Shown here one piece after another: positions 47,536-57,069 of a DNA stretch of 64,000 nt (positions are counted from its first letter, which is position 1; each line of letters starts with the position of its first letter). Position numbers and translations under genes: made by a program. This DNA is from SAR86 cluster bacterium (GTDB lineage Bacteria > Pseudomonadota > Gammaproteobacteria > Magnimaribacterales > TMED112). The stretch spans positions 42,599 to 106,598 of the forward strand of contig QOPH01000001.1 of NCBI GenBank assembly GCA_003331635.1. Reading direction: 5' to 3'. The notes beneath the pieces were generated by a model, which searched no databases, was not told the origin of the DNA, and saw nothing but the letters and a program-made list of their open reading frames with translations.

Positions 47536-48488
47536 AAAAAGGATTTATCTTAATAAGCACATTATCGCTAGTAACGATACTAAGTTTTTTGACTATTTTG
47601 ATTAGTAAACAAATTTTTAATGACTCTGTATCAACAAATATTTACCAAGAATCTATAAAAAAAAGAATAGAGCTTATTAATTATGAAAAATTTATAACTG
47701 AAAATTTACTTAATAATTCAAATTTATTAAGAAATTTAAATATAGCTGAAAGGGAATTTAATTATTTAGCTAAAAGATCTTTTTCTAATTTAACTATTGA
47801 ACTAGAAGACATGAATTCATGCTTTAATTTAAATGCCTTAGTAAAGAGTAAAAATGGTATAACAGAAAAAAATGATGAAAATGTACTAAATTTTCTTGTT
47901 TTTTTAAGCAAATCATTCGTAAACAAAAACTCTCATATTGAGCTTTTGCATAGAATAGTTGATTCGATTGATACAAATAATTTCCCAGAAACTTATGGGG
48001 CAGAGGATTTGTACTATATTTCTAATGAGAGACTAAATTTAGCATCAGATCAAAATTTTTATCACAAAAGTCAGATAAAAGACCTTAATTTAAACTTCCT
48101 AACTGATGCTGACTTTCAAAAAATTTATGGAAATATATGTGCTTTACCTTCTGATGAAATTAAATTAAATATCAATAATATTAATTTTAATAATCAAAAG
48201 GTTTTTCACTCTATATTTTCAGATTTAACAGTAAAAGAGATAGAAAAAATTATTTTAAATAAACCAGAAACAGGATATTTAAATTATAAAGATTTAGTAG
48301 ACCGCACCTCAATAAACCAAATTAAACTTAAAAATAAGTATATTGTCTTTAAGCCTATATTTATAAAAATTAAATATACTCTTCAAATTGAAGAATACAT
48401 GTTTAAATTAATTAGTTTTATAGATTTATCTAATAGAGAAAATAACATAATCTACAGAACAATAAGTGATGAAAATATTTATTTTTAA
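47532..48488 (+). CDS. gspK: T2SS minor pseudopilin
   Basis: Leader MKKG/FILISTL lacks Glu+5, as is typical for GspK. Length 318 aa and conserved gene order. Confidence 0.65.
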   Translation: MKKGFILISTLSLVTILSFLTILISKQIFNDSVSTNIYQESIKKRIELINYEKFITENLLNNSNLLRNLNIAEREFNYLAKRSFSNLTIELEDMNSCFNLNALVKSKNGITEKNDENVLNFLVFLSKSFVNKNSHIELLHRIVDSIDTNNFPETYGAEDLYYISNERLNLASDQNFYHKSQIKDLNLNFLTDADFQKIYGNICALPSDEIKLNINNINFNNQKVFHSIFSDLTVKEIEKIILNKPETGYLNYKDLVDRTSINQIKLKNKYIVFKPIFIKIKYTLQIEEYMFKLISFIDLSNRENNIIYRTISDENIYF

Positions 48489-49491
48489 TGATCTAGAAAC
48501 AGGTAGTTATTTTGATAACAAAAATGTTTCTACGTGTAAATACTCAACATTAGAGAACGAAAAAGATGTGTTATTTGTATTTCCAGATCAAATGCTGACG
48601 CACGTAAATGAAACTGAGAAATACAAAAAAAGAGCAAATTTAGAAGCTAAACTAATCAATGATTCATTAACGTCTTCACCAAATATTGATACTAATTTAA
48701 ATGTCCTTAAATGTTCTCTTGAAAAGGGTAATTATTTTCTGATAAATGATAAAAATCTTAAAAAAATAAAAAACCTTTTTCAAAGTTTTGAAAACGATGT
48801 ACTAATTACTTCAGATGTGTTGTTTTTCAGTCAAATTTTTAAGGAAAATATCAATTACTTGGATGACTATTATCTCAATACTAACTCACAGTATTTAAAA
48901 TTTTCAAAAAATGCTTTAAAAGTACTTAAATACAAAGGTTCTGAATTTAAAAAAATTGTTGATGAGGACCTAATTAAAAATATTAATTCTCAGTTTGATA
49001 GTTATAAACTTAACACCTTTAATCTTGGAAATTTTATTAACTTTGAAAAAAATAAAAAATATGTCTTAGGATTAATTTCAGCTGTAGTTTTAATTAACTT
49101 AATTGGAATAGGCAATCTTATTAATCAAACTTATAAATTAAATTCATTTAATGAGATTATTCTAAAACTCTACAAAGATATTTATCCCCTAGAAAAGCCA
49201 TTAAATATAGAGCAAGCAATTAATGAAAAAATTGAAATCCTTAATTTACAAGAATCAAAAGTTTTAAAATTAATCTATAAAATCTCATCTTCAAAGCTTA
49301 ATAATAGACGATTAGTAGATCTCCATTATTCAAGAGACTTAAATAAGTTTGAGTTTGAAATTCTATTTAATAATCCATCGGAGGAAATCATCTTCTTAAA
49401 TGAACAAGCCTTTGAAGGAAACAGTTTTAAAAAAGTCAGCTCAAGAACTGATAGGGGATTGGTAGTTACAAAATTTATATATGAAATTTAA
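48466..49491 (+). CDS. gspL: T2SS assembly protein GspL-like
   Basis: Called by position after gspK. 341 aa with a single central TM (LGLISAVVLINLIGI). Sequence is highly divergent. Confidence 0.5.
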   Translation: MMKIFIFNDLETGSYFDNKNVSTCKYSTLENEKDVLFVFPDQMLTHVNETEKYKKRANLEAKLINDSLTSSPNIDTNLNVLKCSLEKGNYFLINDKNLKKIKNLFQSFENDVLITSDVLFFSQIFKENINYLDDYYLNTNSQYLKFSKNALKVLKYKGSEFKKIVDEDLIKNINSQFDSYKLNTFNLGNFINFEKNKKYVLGLISAVVLINLIGIGNLINQTYKLNSFNEIILKLYKDIYPLEKPLNIEQAINEKIEILNLQESKVLKLIYKISSSKLNNRRLVDLHYSRDLNKFEFEILFNNPSEEIIFLNEQAFEGNSFKKVSSRTDRGLVVTKFIYEI

Positions 49492-49897
49492 ATATTCAAA
49501 GAATAAGAAAAAGTTATTTTCAGTAACTGGTTTATCACTCCTTTTTTTAATTTTTATATTTTTAGAAAATATTCTGATAAATAACCTTTTTGAGATAAGG
49601 GCTGAATATGACCAAAAAAATCAAGTTTTCAATGATCAAAAACAAAAAATTTCTCAATTAAAAATGTATGAAAATAATAAAAATACCGAAAATTTAGTTG
49701 AAAATCTTGAGCTTTTTCTCAAAAACAAAAAGATTTCTTACTCCATAGATGGCGCTTTATTTTTATTTAATAATCTAGCACCAGATAAGTTAATTGAAAT
49801 TCTCAATTACATACAATTAAATAATATTGAACCAAATGAAATAAAAATTTCTGGAAATGAATCAACTTTGAAGTTAACAATTGAAGTTACTGCTTAA
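49481..49897 (+). CDS. gspM: T2SS assembly protein GspM-like
   Basis: Called by position. 138 aa with an N-terminal TM and a small periplasmic domain. Confidence 0.5.
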   Translation: MKFKYSKNKKKLFSVTGLSLLFLIFIFLENILINNLFEIRAEYDQKNQVFNDQKQKISQLKMYENNKNTENLVENLELFLKNKKISYSIDGALFLFNNLAPDKLIEILNYIQLNNIEPNEIKISGNESTLKLTIEVTA

Positions 49898-50543
49898 AAT
49901 TCTTTTTTCAATATTTGCACTATTAGTAGTTTTCCTATTAGTCATATTTTTTACACCAATAAATTCAATTGTTAAAGCACCTTTGCAGTCTTATGGAATC
50001 TCTTACGAAAATGCAAAAGGAAATATATTTTCTGGAAATTTTAGGAACGTTAAATTAGCAAATCTTTCAATTAGCAATATTAATTATGAGAACTCTTATT
50101 CCCATGTAGGTTTAAAAACTAATATCACGGATGGCTTTTACTTTACGTCTATCATTATAACTAGTTTTGATTTAAGGAAAATTACGGTTAGTAACACAAA
50201 GTATAGCCGCGATTTTAAGCTTTCATTTATTCCTGTTATTAATATAGAAACTGAACTAGAAGAGTTGATTCTCGAAGACTTTAAATGCATGGGAATTAAT
50301 GGTGATGCTTATATAAAAAGCGTAATTTTTAAGGAAAGTTTAATTGGTGAACTTAGTTGCACTGATGACTCATACAAAATAATACTATTCGACAGAAAAT
50401 ATAATCAGTTAGGTTTGATAACAACTGACTTTAATAATATTTATCTGAACATTAAAGACAGTGCTCTAAATGAAAATTTATCAATCTTAAAAATCAATGG
50501 TGATATAAACCTAAAGATTCCTGTTAAGGATTTGCTTGAATAA
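49881..50543 (+). CDS. gspN: T2SS protein GspN-like
   Basis: Last gene of the cluster. It has an N-terminal TM and a G-N-I-F-S-G segment resembling the GTLWSG region of GspN. Non-ATG start. Confidence 0.45.
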   Translation: MKLLLKILFSIFALLVVFLLVIFFTPINSIVKAPLQSYGISYENAKGNIFSGNFRNVKLANLSISNINYENSYSHVGLKTNITDGFYFTSIIITSFDLRKITVSNTKYSRDFKLSFIPVINIETELEELILEDFKCMGINGDAYIKSVIFKESLIGELSCTDDSYKIILFDRKYNQLGLITTDFNNIYLNIKDSALNENLSILKINGDINLKIPVKDLLE

Positions 50544-51338
50544 TCCATCGGATATACTCCAAAATGAATTCTCAATTACATTACAATTTAAACTTGCTAA
50601 TGAAAGTTCATAAATTTCTGCTGCTAGTGGAATGATATCTATCCTATCTTTAGGGATACTAAATTTTTCAATTAAATCTTTCTTTGAAACACTGTTATAT
50701 TCTTTTACAAATTCAGTAAATTCTTTTGAGCTTAAAGCACCTGAATGATTATTAGCCTCAAATATTGCTCTTAAATTTCCACCTAGGCCGTATAACTTTT
50801 TAACTGGTGCATACTGTTTTAACCAATTTCCAAAGCTGTTCATTTCATGTTCTTTATAGCCTTTATCTTTATTTAGCAATCTAACAGCTCCTAGCTGGAA
50901 TGATCTAGCATAAGTTTGAGAATTAACACTTACAAAAGCCTCTACACTACCTCCACCTATATCCAATATCGCGTAGGAGTCTACATTTGCTTTAAATTCT
51001 TTTAGAAGGTCAGCCTCTGCATCTCCAGATATAATCTTTAGATCTATGTTTTGTTTTTTTAGCAAAGAAAGTATCTCATCTTTATTAGTACAATCTCTAA
51101 TTGCAGATGTTGCCATATAGAATTGTTTTTCAATATTTTTTTCTAAGAAAACTCTTTTAAATCTCTCGAGAACAATAGCTAGTTGCTTTAAGGTTAATTT
51201 TGAAAGAAAGCCTTGAGTAAACGCATCTTTTCCAAGTCTTAAAGGCTCTCTATAGTATTCAACTAAACTATTGTCTTTGGTATTAAATATTTTATATTTA
51301 ATAGCGTTTGATCCAATATCGACAATTCCTAATAACAT
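50511..51338 (-). CDS. Short Ppx/GppA-family phosphatase (N-terminal actin-like domains only)
   Basis: IVDIGSNAIKYKI and DIGGGSVE motifs. At 275 aa it is far shorter than full-length Ppx (about 500 aa). Confidence 0.7.
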   Translation of the reverse strand: MLLGIVDIGSNAIKYKIFNTKDNSLVEYYREPLRLGKDAFTQGFLSKLTLKQLAIVLERFKRVFLEKNIEKQFYMATSAIRDCTNKDEILSLLKKQNIDLKIISGDAEADLLKEFKANVDSYAILDIGGGSVEAFVSVNSQTYARSFQLGAVRLLNKDKGYKEHEMNSFGNWLKQYAPVKKLYGLGGNLRAIFEANNHSGALSSKEFTEFVKEYNSVSKKDLIEKFSIPKDRIDIIPLAAEIYELSLASLNCNVIENSFWSISDGLFKQILNRNL

Positions 51339-51339
51339 T

Positions 51340-52173
51340 TTAATCAGAAAATGGAGCTAATATTTTAAATTGCTCATAAGTGAGGTTTTCAAATAAAACT
51401 CCTTCGATATACAAAGAATAGTTTCCTAAATCTTCTCCCCATTTTGGTGGTTTAAGAGAGAGTTTTTCGTCGTAAGTAAGATTATTAAGAATGTACCTAA
51501 GCGCACTCAATCTAGCAATCATTTTATTGTTAGCATTAATTACAACCCATGGAGCATAATCTGTAGACGTTAAGTCAAACATTTGATTTTTATATAGTGT
51601 AAAAACATCCCATTTATTAACCATCAATTTATCCGACTCAGATAATTTCCAATATTTTAACTTACTATTTTTTCTTGCGTTAATACGTCTTTTCTGTTGA
51701 TCTTTATCAATTGAAAAATAAAATTTAACTAGTTCAGTTCCTTTTTTAACAAGAGATTTTTCCCATTTATTTACCTTAGTCATAAATTCCTCATATTGTT
51801 TCTTTGAACAATACCCAAGTGTTGGTTCGGTTAATGCACGTGTATACCAGGATCTATCAAATAGAACAATTTGACCTTTATTTGGCAAATATGCTTCATA
51901 TCTTTCAAACCAATTTTTTCTCTCTTTTGTTGTTGGAATCCCAAGATGTACATAGTTAAAATTTGATGGGATTAAATGTTCAGAAAAAAAGTTAATTGTT
52001 GATGATTTTCCAGCAGTATCTCTACCTTCAAAACAAATAGCAATCTTCCTTTTTTTCTTTATGACATCTTCCTGTAATTTCAGTAATTCAACTTGGAGGT
52101 TATATTTTTCTTTTCTATATAAATCAGGTGAAAGTGATTTATACTGCTCAAAATTGTATTCAAAAACGCTCAT
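51340..52173 (-). CDS. ppk2: Polyphosphate kinase 2 family protein
   Basis: P-loop FEGRDTAGKSSTI, the FDRSWY motif and single-domain size (277 aa). Confidence 0.85.
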   Translation of the reverse strand: MSVFEYNFEQYKSLSPDLYRKEKYNLQVELLKLQEDVIKKKRKIAICFEGRDTAGKSSTINFFSEHLIPSNFNYVHLGIPTTKERKNWFERYEAYLPNKGQIVLFDRSWYTRALTEPTLGYCSKKQYEEFMTKVNKWEKSLVKKGTELVKFYFSIDKDQQKRRINARKNSKLKYWKLSESDKLMVNKWDVFTLYKNQMFDLTSTDYAPWVVINANNKMIARLSALRYILNNLTYDEKLSLKPPKWGEDLGNYSLYIEGVLFENLTYEQFKILAPFSD

Positions 52174-52224
52174 GTAAAAGTATTAAAAAGAGGGTATAGT
52201 ATAACGAAATTATCTATCTATTGA

Positions 52225-53484
52225 ATGGCACTAGTTGAATTAACAATTTTTGGAATACCTCTTATTCTTCTTTCTGCTGCAATGCTTGGCTTTTTTACAG
52301 CATATGGTGTTGGAGCTAATGATGTAGCTAATGCAATGGGTACCTCAGTTGGTAGCAAAGTGTTAACTATTTCTCAGGCTGTACTGATAGCTGCAATTTT
52401 TGAATTTTTAGGTGCTTTTTTGGCTGGTGGAGGAGTTACCCAAACAATAAGAAAAGGTGTAATTGACCCTGAACTATTCATAGGTCAGCAGGAAATTCTT
52501 ATCTATGGCATGATTTCATCATTATTCGCAGCTGGTGTCTGGCTTTTAGTAGCAAGCATAAGAGGCTGGCCTGTATCTACAACACATACTATCGTTGGTG
52601 CAATTGTAGGTTTTGGCGTATATGCGTTAGGGTCAGATAAGATTAACTGGTCCGTAGTAGGCAACATTTCCTTATCATGGTTAACTTCACCGATATCATC
52701 TGGACTACTAGCTGCTTTGATTTACTGGATATGCCAAGAATTCATTATTACGAAACAAAGTAAATTTCAGTTTTTAATAATTAATTTTTATATTTTCCTT
52801 GCGGGCTTTGCCATCTCACTTATCACAATAACAAAAGGTTTAAAAAATATTCTTAAAGATAGTGAAGTAGTTTTAACATTTTCTGATAGTGTTTCATATT
52901 CAGTAATTTCAGCTATTGTTTTTACTTTTTTATTCTATTCCTTTTCAAGATCAAGGCTGTCGAAAAATCAATCAAGTGAATCTCAATTTGCTTATTTAAT
53001 GATATTTACATCTTGTGCAGTAGCGTTTGCTCACGGATCGAATGATGTGGCCAATGCAATAGGTCCATTAGCAGCAGTGTACCAAGCTTCGTATGAGTTA
53101 TTAGGTCAGCCATATAATTCCGAAACACCGTTATGGATTTTGTTATTAGGTGCAGTGGGAATAGTTATAGGTCTTGCAACTTTGGGGTATAGAGTTATGA
53201 AAACTATTGGAGAGAGGATAGTAACCTTAACACCAAGCAAAGGATTTTCAGCACAATTGTCAGCAGCTTTAACAGTTGTTTTGGCCAGTCAATTAAATAT
53301 GCCTGTTTCAACAACTCATACTCTTGTGGGAGCTGTTATTGGGATAGGTTTAGTAGAAGGAATTAAGTCTGTAAATCTGGCTTCAGTTAGAACAATTTTT
53401 ATCTCATGGGTTGTTACACTTCCTATCGGTGCAGCTCTTTCAATAATTTTTCTTGAATTATTTATGAACTTGTTTACGTATTAA
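52225..53484 (+). CDS. pitA: Inorganic phosphate transporter (PiT family)
   Basis: Duplicated GANDVANAMGTSVGS and GSNDVANAIGP signatures. Multi-TM. Confidence 0.9.
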   Translation: MALVELTIFGIPLILLSAAMLGFFTAYGVGANDVANAMGTSVGSKVLTISQAVLIAAIFEFLGAFLAGGGVTQTIRKGVIDPELFIGQQEILIYGMISSLFAAGVWLLVASIRGWPVSTTHTIVGAIVGFGVYALGSDKINWSVVGNISLSWLTSPISSGLLAALIYWICQEFIITKQSKFQFLIINFYIFLAGFAISLITITKGLKNILKDSEVVLTFSDSVSYSVISAIVFTFLFYSFSRSRLSKNQSSESQFAYLMIFTSCAVAFAHGSNDVANAIGPLAAVYQASYELLGQPYNSETPLWILLLGAVGIVIGLATLGYRVMKTIGERIVTLTPSKGFSAQLSAALTVVLASQLNMPVSTTHTLVGAVIGIGLVEGIKSVNLASVRTIFISWVVTLPIGAALSIIFLELFMNLFTY

Positions 53485-53492
53485 ATACATAT

Positions 53493-53510
53493 TTGTCATA
53501 AAATTGTCAT
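53493..53510 (+). promoter_or_regulatory. Pho box (PhoB binding site)
   Basis: TTGTCAT-AAAA-TTGTCAT compares with the consensus CTGTCAT-A(A/T)A(T/A)-CTGTCA(C/T), matching 6/7 plus 6/7 with exact 11-bp phasing. An A/T-rich -10-like TATATAAAT lies 6 nt downstream. The site is 37 nt upstream of the probable TBDR start. Confidence 0.75.
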
Positions 53511-53534
53511 TGCTCATATATAAATTACAATTCT

Positions 53535-56084
53535 ATGAGGTTCAAAATGAAAAAAATCTTAACTTTGATAATTTTAAGTTCGTTATATTTGGTATCCCAA
53601 GAAGATACTAATGAGGATATAGAAGAAATTGTTGCCATTGGAACAAAAGCAAGCCTTAAATCTGCACTTGATAAGCAGAAAGATTCTAATCAAGTGGTTT
53701 CAATTGTTGACTCCGATGCAATAGGAGAATTTCCTGACGAAACAGCTGCTGAAGCAGTAAGAAGACTTTCTGGTGTCTCTGTAGAGAACGACCAAGGTGA
53801 AGGTAGGTACATCACTTTAAGAGGTATGTCAGGAGATCTAAATGGCGTAACACTTAATGGCGCTACGGTACCAGCTCCAGAGGGCGGTAGAAAAGTTCTA
53901 CTCGATGGTCTTCCAACTGAACTGCTAGACTCTATTGAAGTTTATAAAACACTAATTCCTTCACAGGACCTAGAGGGTATAGGTGGAAGAATTGAATTTA
54001 AAACAAAAAAAGCTACTGAATTAGATAAGAGATTAGTAAAGATAAAATACGATCAATCATATAATGATTTTTCTGGTGAAGCAGATAGCCCAAAGTACTC
54101 ATTGACATACGGTGAGAAGTTTAGTGATGCTTTTGGCGCTATTGTGGGGTACACATATCAAAGTAAACACATAATCACTAATAACAATGAAACAGGTTAT
54201 GAGCCATGGGGGATTGCTGATAATGGAAACAAATACCTAGCTAGAGACTGGGAAATGAGGTTTTATGACTTGACCAGAGAAAGGCAAGGTTTTACGGCAG
54301 ATTTTGACTTAGTTTTAAACGATGACACATCACTTTTTTATAATTTTTTATTTAATAAATATGAGGATGATGAGATTAGATTTAAAGATGAATATCGCGC
54401 AAGAAATTTAGTAGAGTCTTCTGTTACACCTACTTCTGCATCTTATCAAAGAATTACCGCAGATAAAGAAACAAGAAAAAGAATAGAAGTAAGAACAATT
54501 GAAACCAAAATTTTTGGGGGTGAGAGCAGACTAGGGATGTATAACACCAAATTTCAATTTAGTGAATCTTTTGCTGAAGAGGATGATACCAATAATGTTG
54601 ATGCTAAATTTCGAGCTCAGTGTCGCATTAGAAGTGGTGATGATATTTGTGGCACCTACAGCTGGGCAAATCCAAAATTTATAAGCTTATCTTTAGCACC
54701 TCGAGGACAGATGCTTACTGATCCGTCAGAGTATGACTGGGACGAGCTCGAAATAGATTATGGTTTAATTCAAGATCGTGAAGATGCCTTTAAAATTGAT
54801 TTTGAAAGTGATCAATTCGATTTTAATGGGAATGTAATGTCGATTGAATTTGGCGCTAAATCAAGTGAAAGAATTAAATCAAATAGAGAGGGCAATATAG
54901 ATGGTTCGGGTGATGTAGCACAAGGTATGTTTACTTACTCACCCTCAGCACCAAATAACTTGTGGTATTTTCCAGAAGCGCTATCTTTTTTTGCTGATCC
55001 TTCATTAGTCTTTCCTTTGCAAAATCAATTTAGGCCTCTAGATTTAGATCTTGCAGATTTCTGGAGTACTAAAGAAGAAATATTTGCACTGTATCTCATG
55101 ACTACTATAGAAACAAATAATGCTGTTGTTGTGGCTGGCTTAAGAAACGAAGATACATCATTTGAAACTTATGGTTTCAACGATGGTGATGAGCAAGATA
55201 GATTAGAGTTTGAAAATGACTATAGCTTTTTAGCACCAAGTATTAACGTAAAATATTTCTTGAACGATAAAGTGCAATTAAGAGCTGCAGCTTATCGTTC
55301 GCTTTCTAGACCAGGATTTGAACAAACTGCACCGGTTCCTGATATTGGAGATGGAAACGGCGATGGTGAGTGGTCTGGTTCGATGGGTAACCCAGATCTT
55401 AAACCATATGAAGCAAATAATTATGATTTAGGATTCGAATACTATGGGGATGAATCTTTCTTTTCAGCAGGTCTTTATTACAAAGATATATCTAACACTA
55501 TTTACCCAAGAGTGCTCGGCAACCAGATAGTTGGAGGAATTTTCTTTTCAGATTTAGAGACCTTTGCTAATGCAGGAGATTCATCAATCCTTGGATATGA
55601 GCTAAATTATTTTACAGAGCTAGATGCATATTTACCTCTAGAAGGGTTTTTTGTGTCTACTAATGTTACATATAACGACGGAGAAAGTGATTTTGCTCCT
55701 GGTGGAGATAATACTGAAACATTTACTATTCCATTTAGAAAGCTTTCAGAAGAAGCAGCAAATTTTTCTCTTGGATACGATAAAGGAAAATTTGATATTA
55801 GATTTTCTGTAAATTATAGATCTAGTTATCTTGATTACCTTGGTGATGAAGGTGAAGAATTATTCAATGATGATTTTGGGTATGGTTATATGAGATTTAC
55901 TGATGATTATTATTCTTACGATCTTGTTGCAAAATATAAATACACAGAAAATTTATCATTAAGATTTGAAGGGAAAAATTTAGACAATAGACCAGAGTTC
56001 TATTATTGGAATTCTCCTGATAGACTATCTCAGTATGATGAATATGGTTACTGGATGTCATTCGGCTTTAGATACAATTTCTAA
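53535..56084 (+). CDS. TonB-dependent receptor
   Basis: Signal peptide and TonB-box-like IEEIVAIG. Plug and 22-strand barrel-sized protein ending FRYNF. The ATG at 53547 (MKKILTL..., GAGG 6 nt upstream) is the more likely start. Confidence 0.88.
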   Translation: MRFKMKKILTLIILSSLYLVSQEDTNEDIEEIVAIGTKASLKSALDKQKDSNQVVSIVDSDAIGEFPDETAAEAVRRLSGVSVENDQGEGRYITLRGMSGDLNGVTLNGATVPAPEGGRKVLLDGLPTELLDSIEVYKTLIPSQDLEGIGGRIEFKTKKATELDKRLVKIKYDQSYNDFSGEADSPKYSLTYGEKFSDAFGAIVGYTYQSKHIITNNNETGYEPWGIADNGNKYLARDWEMRFYDLTRERQGFTADFDLVLNDDTSLFYNFLFNKYEDDEIRFKDEYRARNLVESSVTPTSASYQRITADKETRKRIEVRTIETKIFGGESRLGMYNTKFQFSESFAEEDDTNNVDAKFRAQCRIRSGDDICGTYSWANPKFISLSLAPRGQMLTDPSEYDWDELEIDYGLIQDREDAFKIDFESDQFDFNGNVMSIEFGAKSSERIKSNREGNIDGSGDVAQGMFTYSPSAPNNLWYFPEALSFFADPSLVFPLQNQFRPLDLDLADFWSTKEEIFALYLMTTIETNNAVVVAGLRNEDTSFETYGFNDGDEQDRLEFENDYSFLAPSINVKYFLNDKVQLRAAAYRSLSRPGFEQTAPVPDIGDGNGDGEWSGSMGNPDLKPYEANNYDLGFEYYGDESFFSAGLYYKDISNTIYPRVLGNQIVGGIFFSDLETFANAGDSSILGYELNYFTELDAYLPLEGFFVSTNVTYNDGESDFAPGGDNTETFTIPFRKLSEEAANFSLGYDKGKFDIRFSVNYRSSYLDYLGDEGEELFNDDFGYGYMRFTDDYYSYDLVAKYKYTENLSLRFEGKNLDNRPEFYYWNSPDRLSQYDEYGYWMSFGFRYNF

Positions 56085-57069
56085 TATTTTTAATAAAACC
56101 TTTAAAGCGATAATTTTGATTATCGCTTTTATTCTTCTTTCTGCTTGTGGTGGTAAGAAAGAAACTTTTGTAGTTGAGTATGACTTTGAAACACCTCCAA
56201 TAGCTTCAGAAGGTGATGCTGCAGATGATCCTGCAATATTTCTAACTGAAGGAGATCCACTTATCCTTGGCACAGATAAAACTGCTGGAATGTATATATA
56301 TAGTTTTACTGGTGAAGAACTTGCTTATTATGATAACGGAAAGCCAAATAATGTAGATGTTAGAGATTCATGGTTTGCTTATACAGATAGGTCAGATAAT
56401 TCTGTCCAGTATGCAAAATTATTTGAAAATATTTCTTTAGCTGTATATCCAGAAATAAATATTTATGGCATTTGCATAGGTATAGTCGATTCAGAGTTAA
56501 GAGCAATAGTAACTGAAGAAGAGGGTGTCAATATTCAGTATTGGAATTTAGAGAAACAAGAATTAATCAAAACCATAGACATTACAGAAGATGAAGAAAA
56601 TGTTCCTGCTGCTGGTAATGAAGCAGAAGGGTGTGTATTTGATGAGGAAAATGGCCATATTTTTATCTCAAGAGAAGGAGCAAGAGGTATTTTAAAAGTT
56701 TTTGATACAGAAAACCTTGAGCTAATTAAAAAAATAGATTCTAGAGCTGGTAATATTGGTGGCGATCCTGAAGGAATTGCAGTCTATAAAACAGGTGCTA
56801 AGGACGGCTTTATAATCCTATCATCACAAGGGGATAATAAATTTAATATGTATGACAGACAATATCCCTTTGATTATCAAGGTTCTTTTCAAATTAAAGA
56901 TGTGGAGCATACCGATGGTTTAGATGTAACATCGGTATCTTTTGAAAGGTTTCCTCAAGGTTTCTTAATTGTTCATGATGGAGAAAATCTTCCAGATAAT
57001 CAAAATTTTAAAATTGTTGATATGGAAAGAATTTTAAAAAAAAAAGTAGCTCCTGGCTGGATGTATTAA
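56035..57069 (+). CDS. Beta-propeller phytase (3-phytase) lipoprotein
   Basis: Lipobox LLSAC, the ADDPAIF motif and a C-terminal NFKIVDMERI resembling the BPP family ending. All candidate ATG starts (56035/56038/56044) lie inside the TBDR 3' end. Confidence 0.75.
   Translation: MMNMVTGCHSALDTISNIFNKTFKAIILIIAFILLSACGGKKETFVVEYDFETPPIASEGDAADDPAIFLTEGDPLILGTDKTAGMYIYSFTGEELAYYDNGKPNNVDVRDSWFAYTDRSDNSVQYAKLFENISLAVYPEINIYGICIGIVDSELRAIVTEEEGVNIQYWNLEKQELIKTIDITEDEENVPAAGNEAEGCVFDEENGHIFISREGARGILKVFDTENLELIKKIDSRAGNIGGDPEGIAVYKTGAKDGFIILSSQGDNKFNMYDRQYPFDYQGSFQIKDVEHTDGLDVTSVSFERFPQGFLIVHDGENLPDNQNFKIVDMERILKKKVAPGWMY

Noticed and set aside
57036-57069. Frameshift at the A10 run fusing the phytase to DedA
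   Set aside because: The phytase already ends at a family-typical C-terminus (NFKIVDMERI...). A periplasmic lipoprotein fused to a polytopic membrane protein is implausible. An alternative start or erosion of dedA is more parsimonious.
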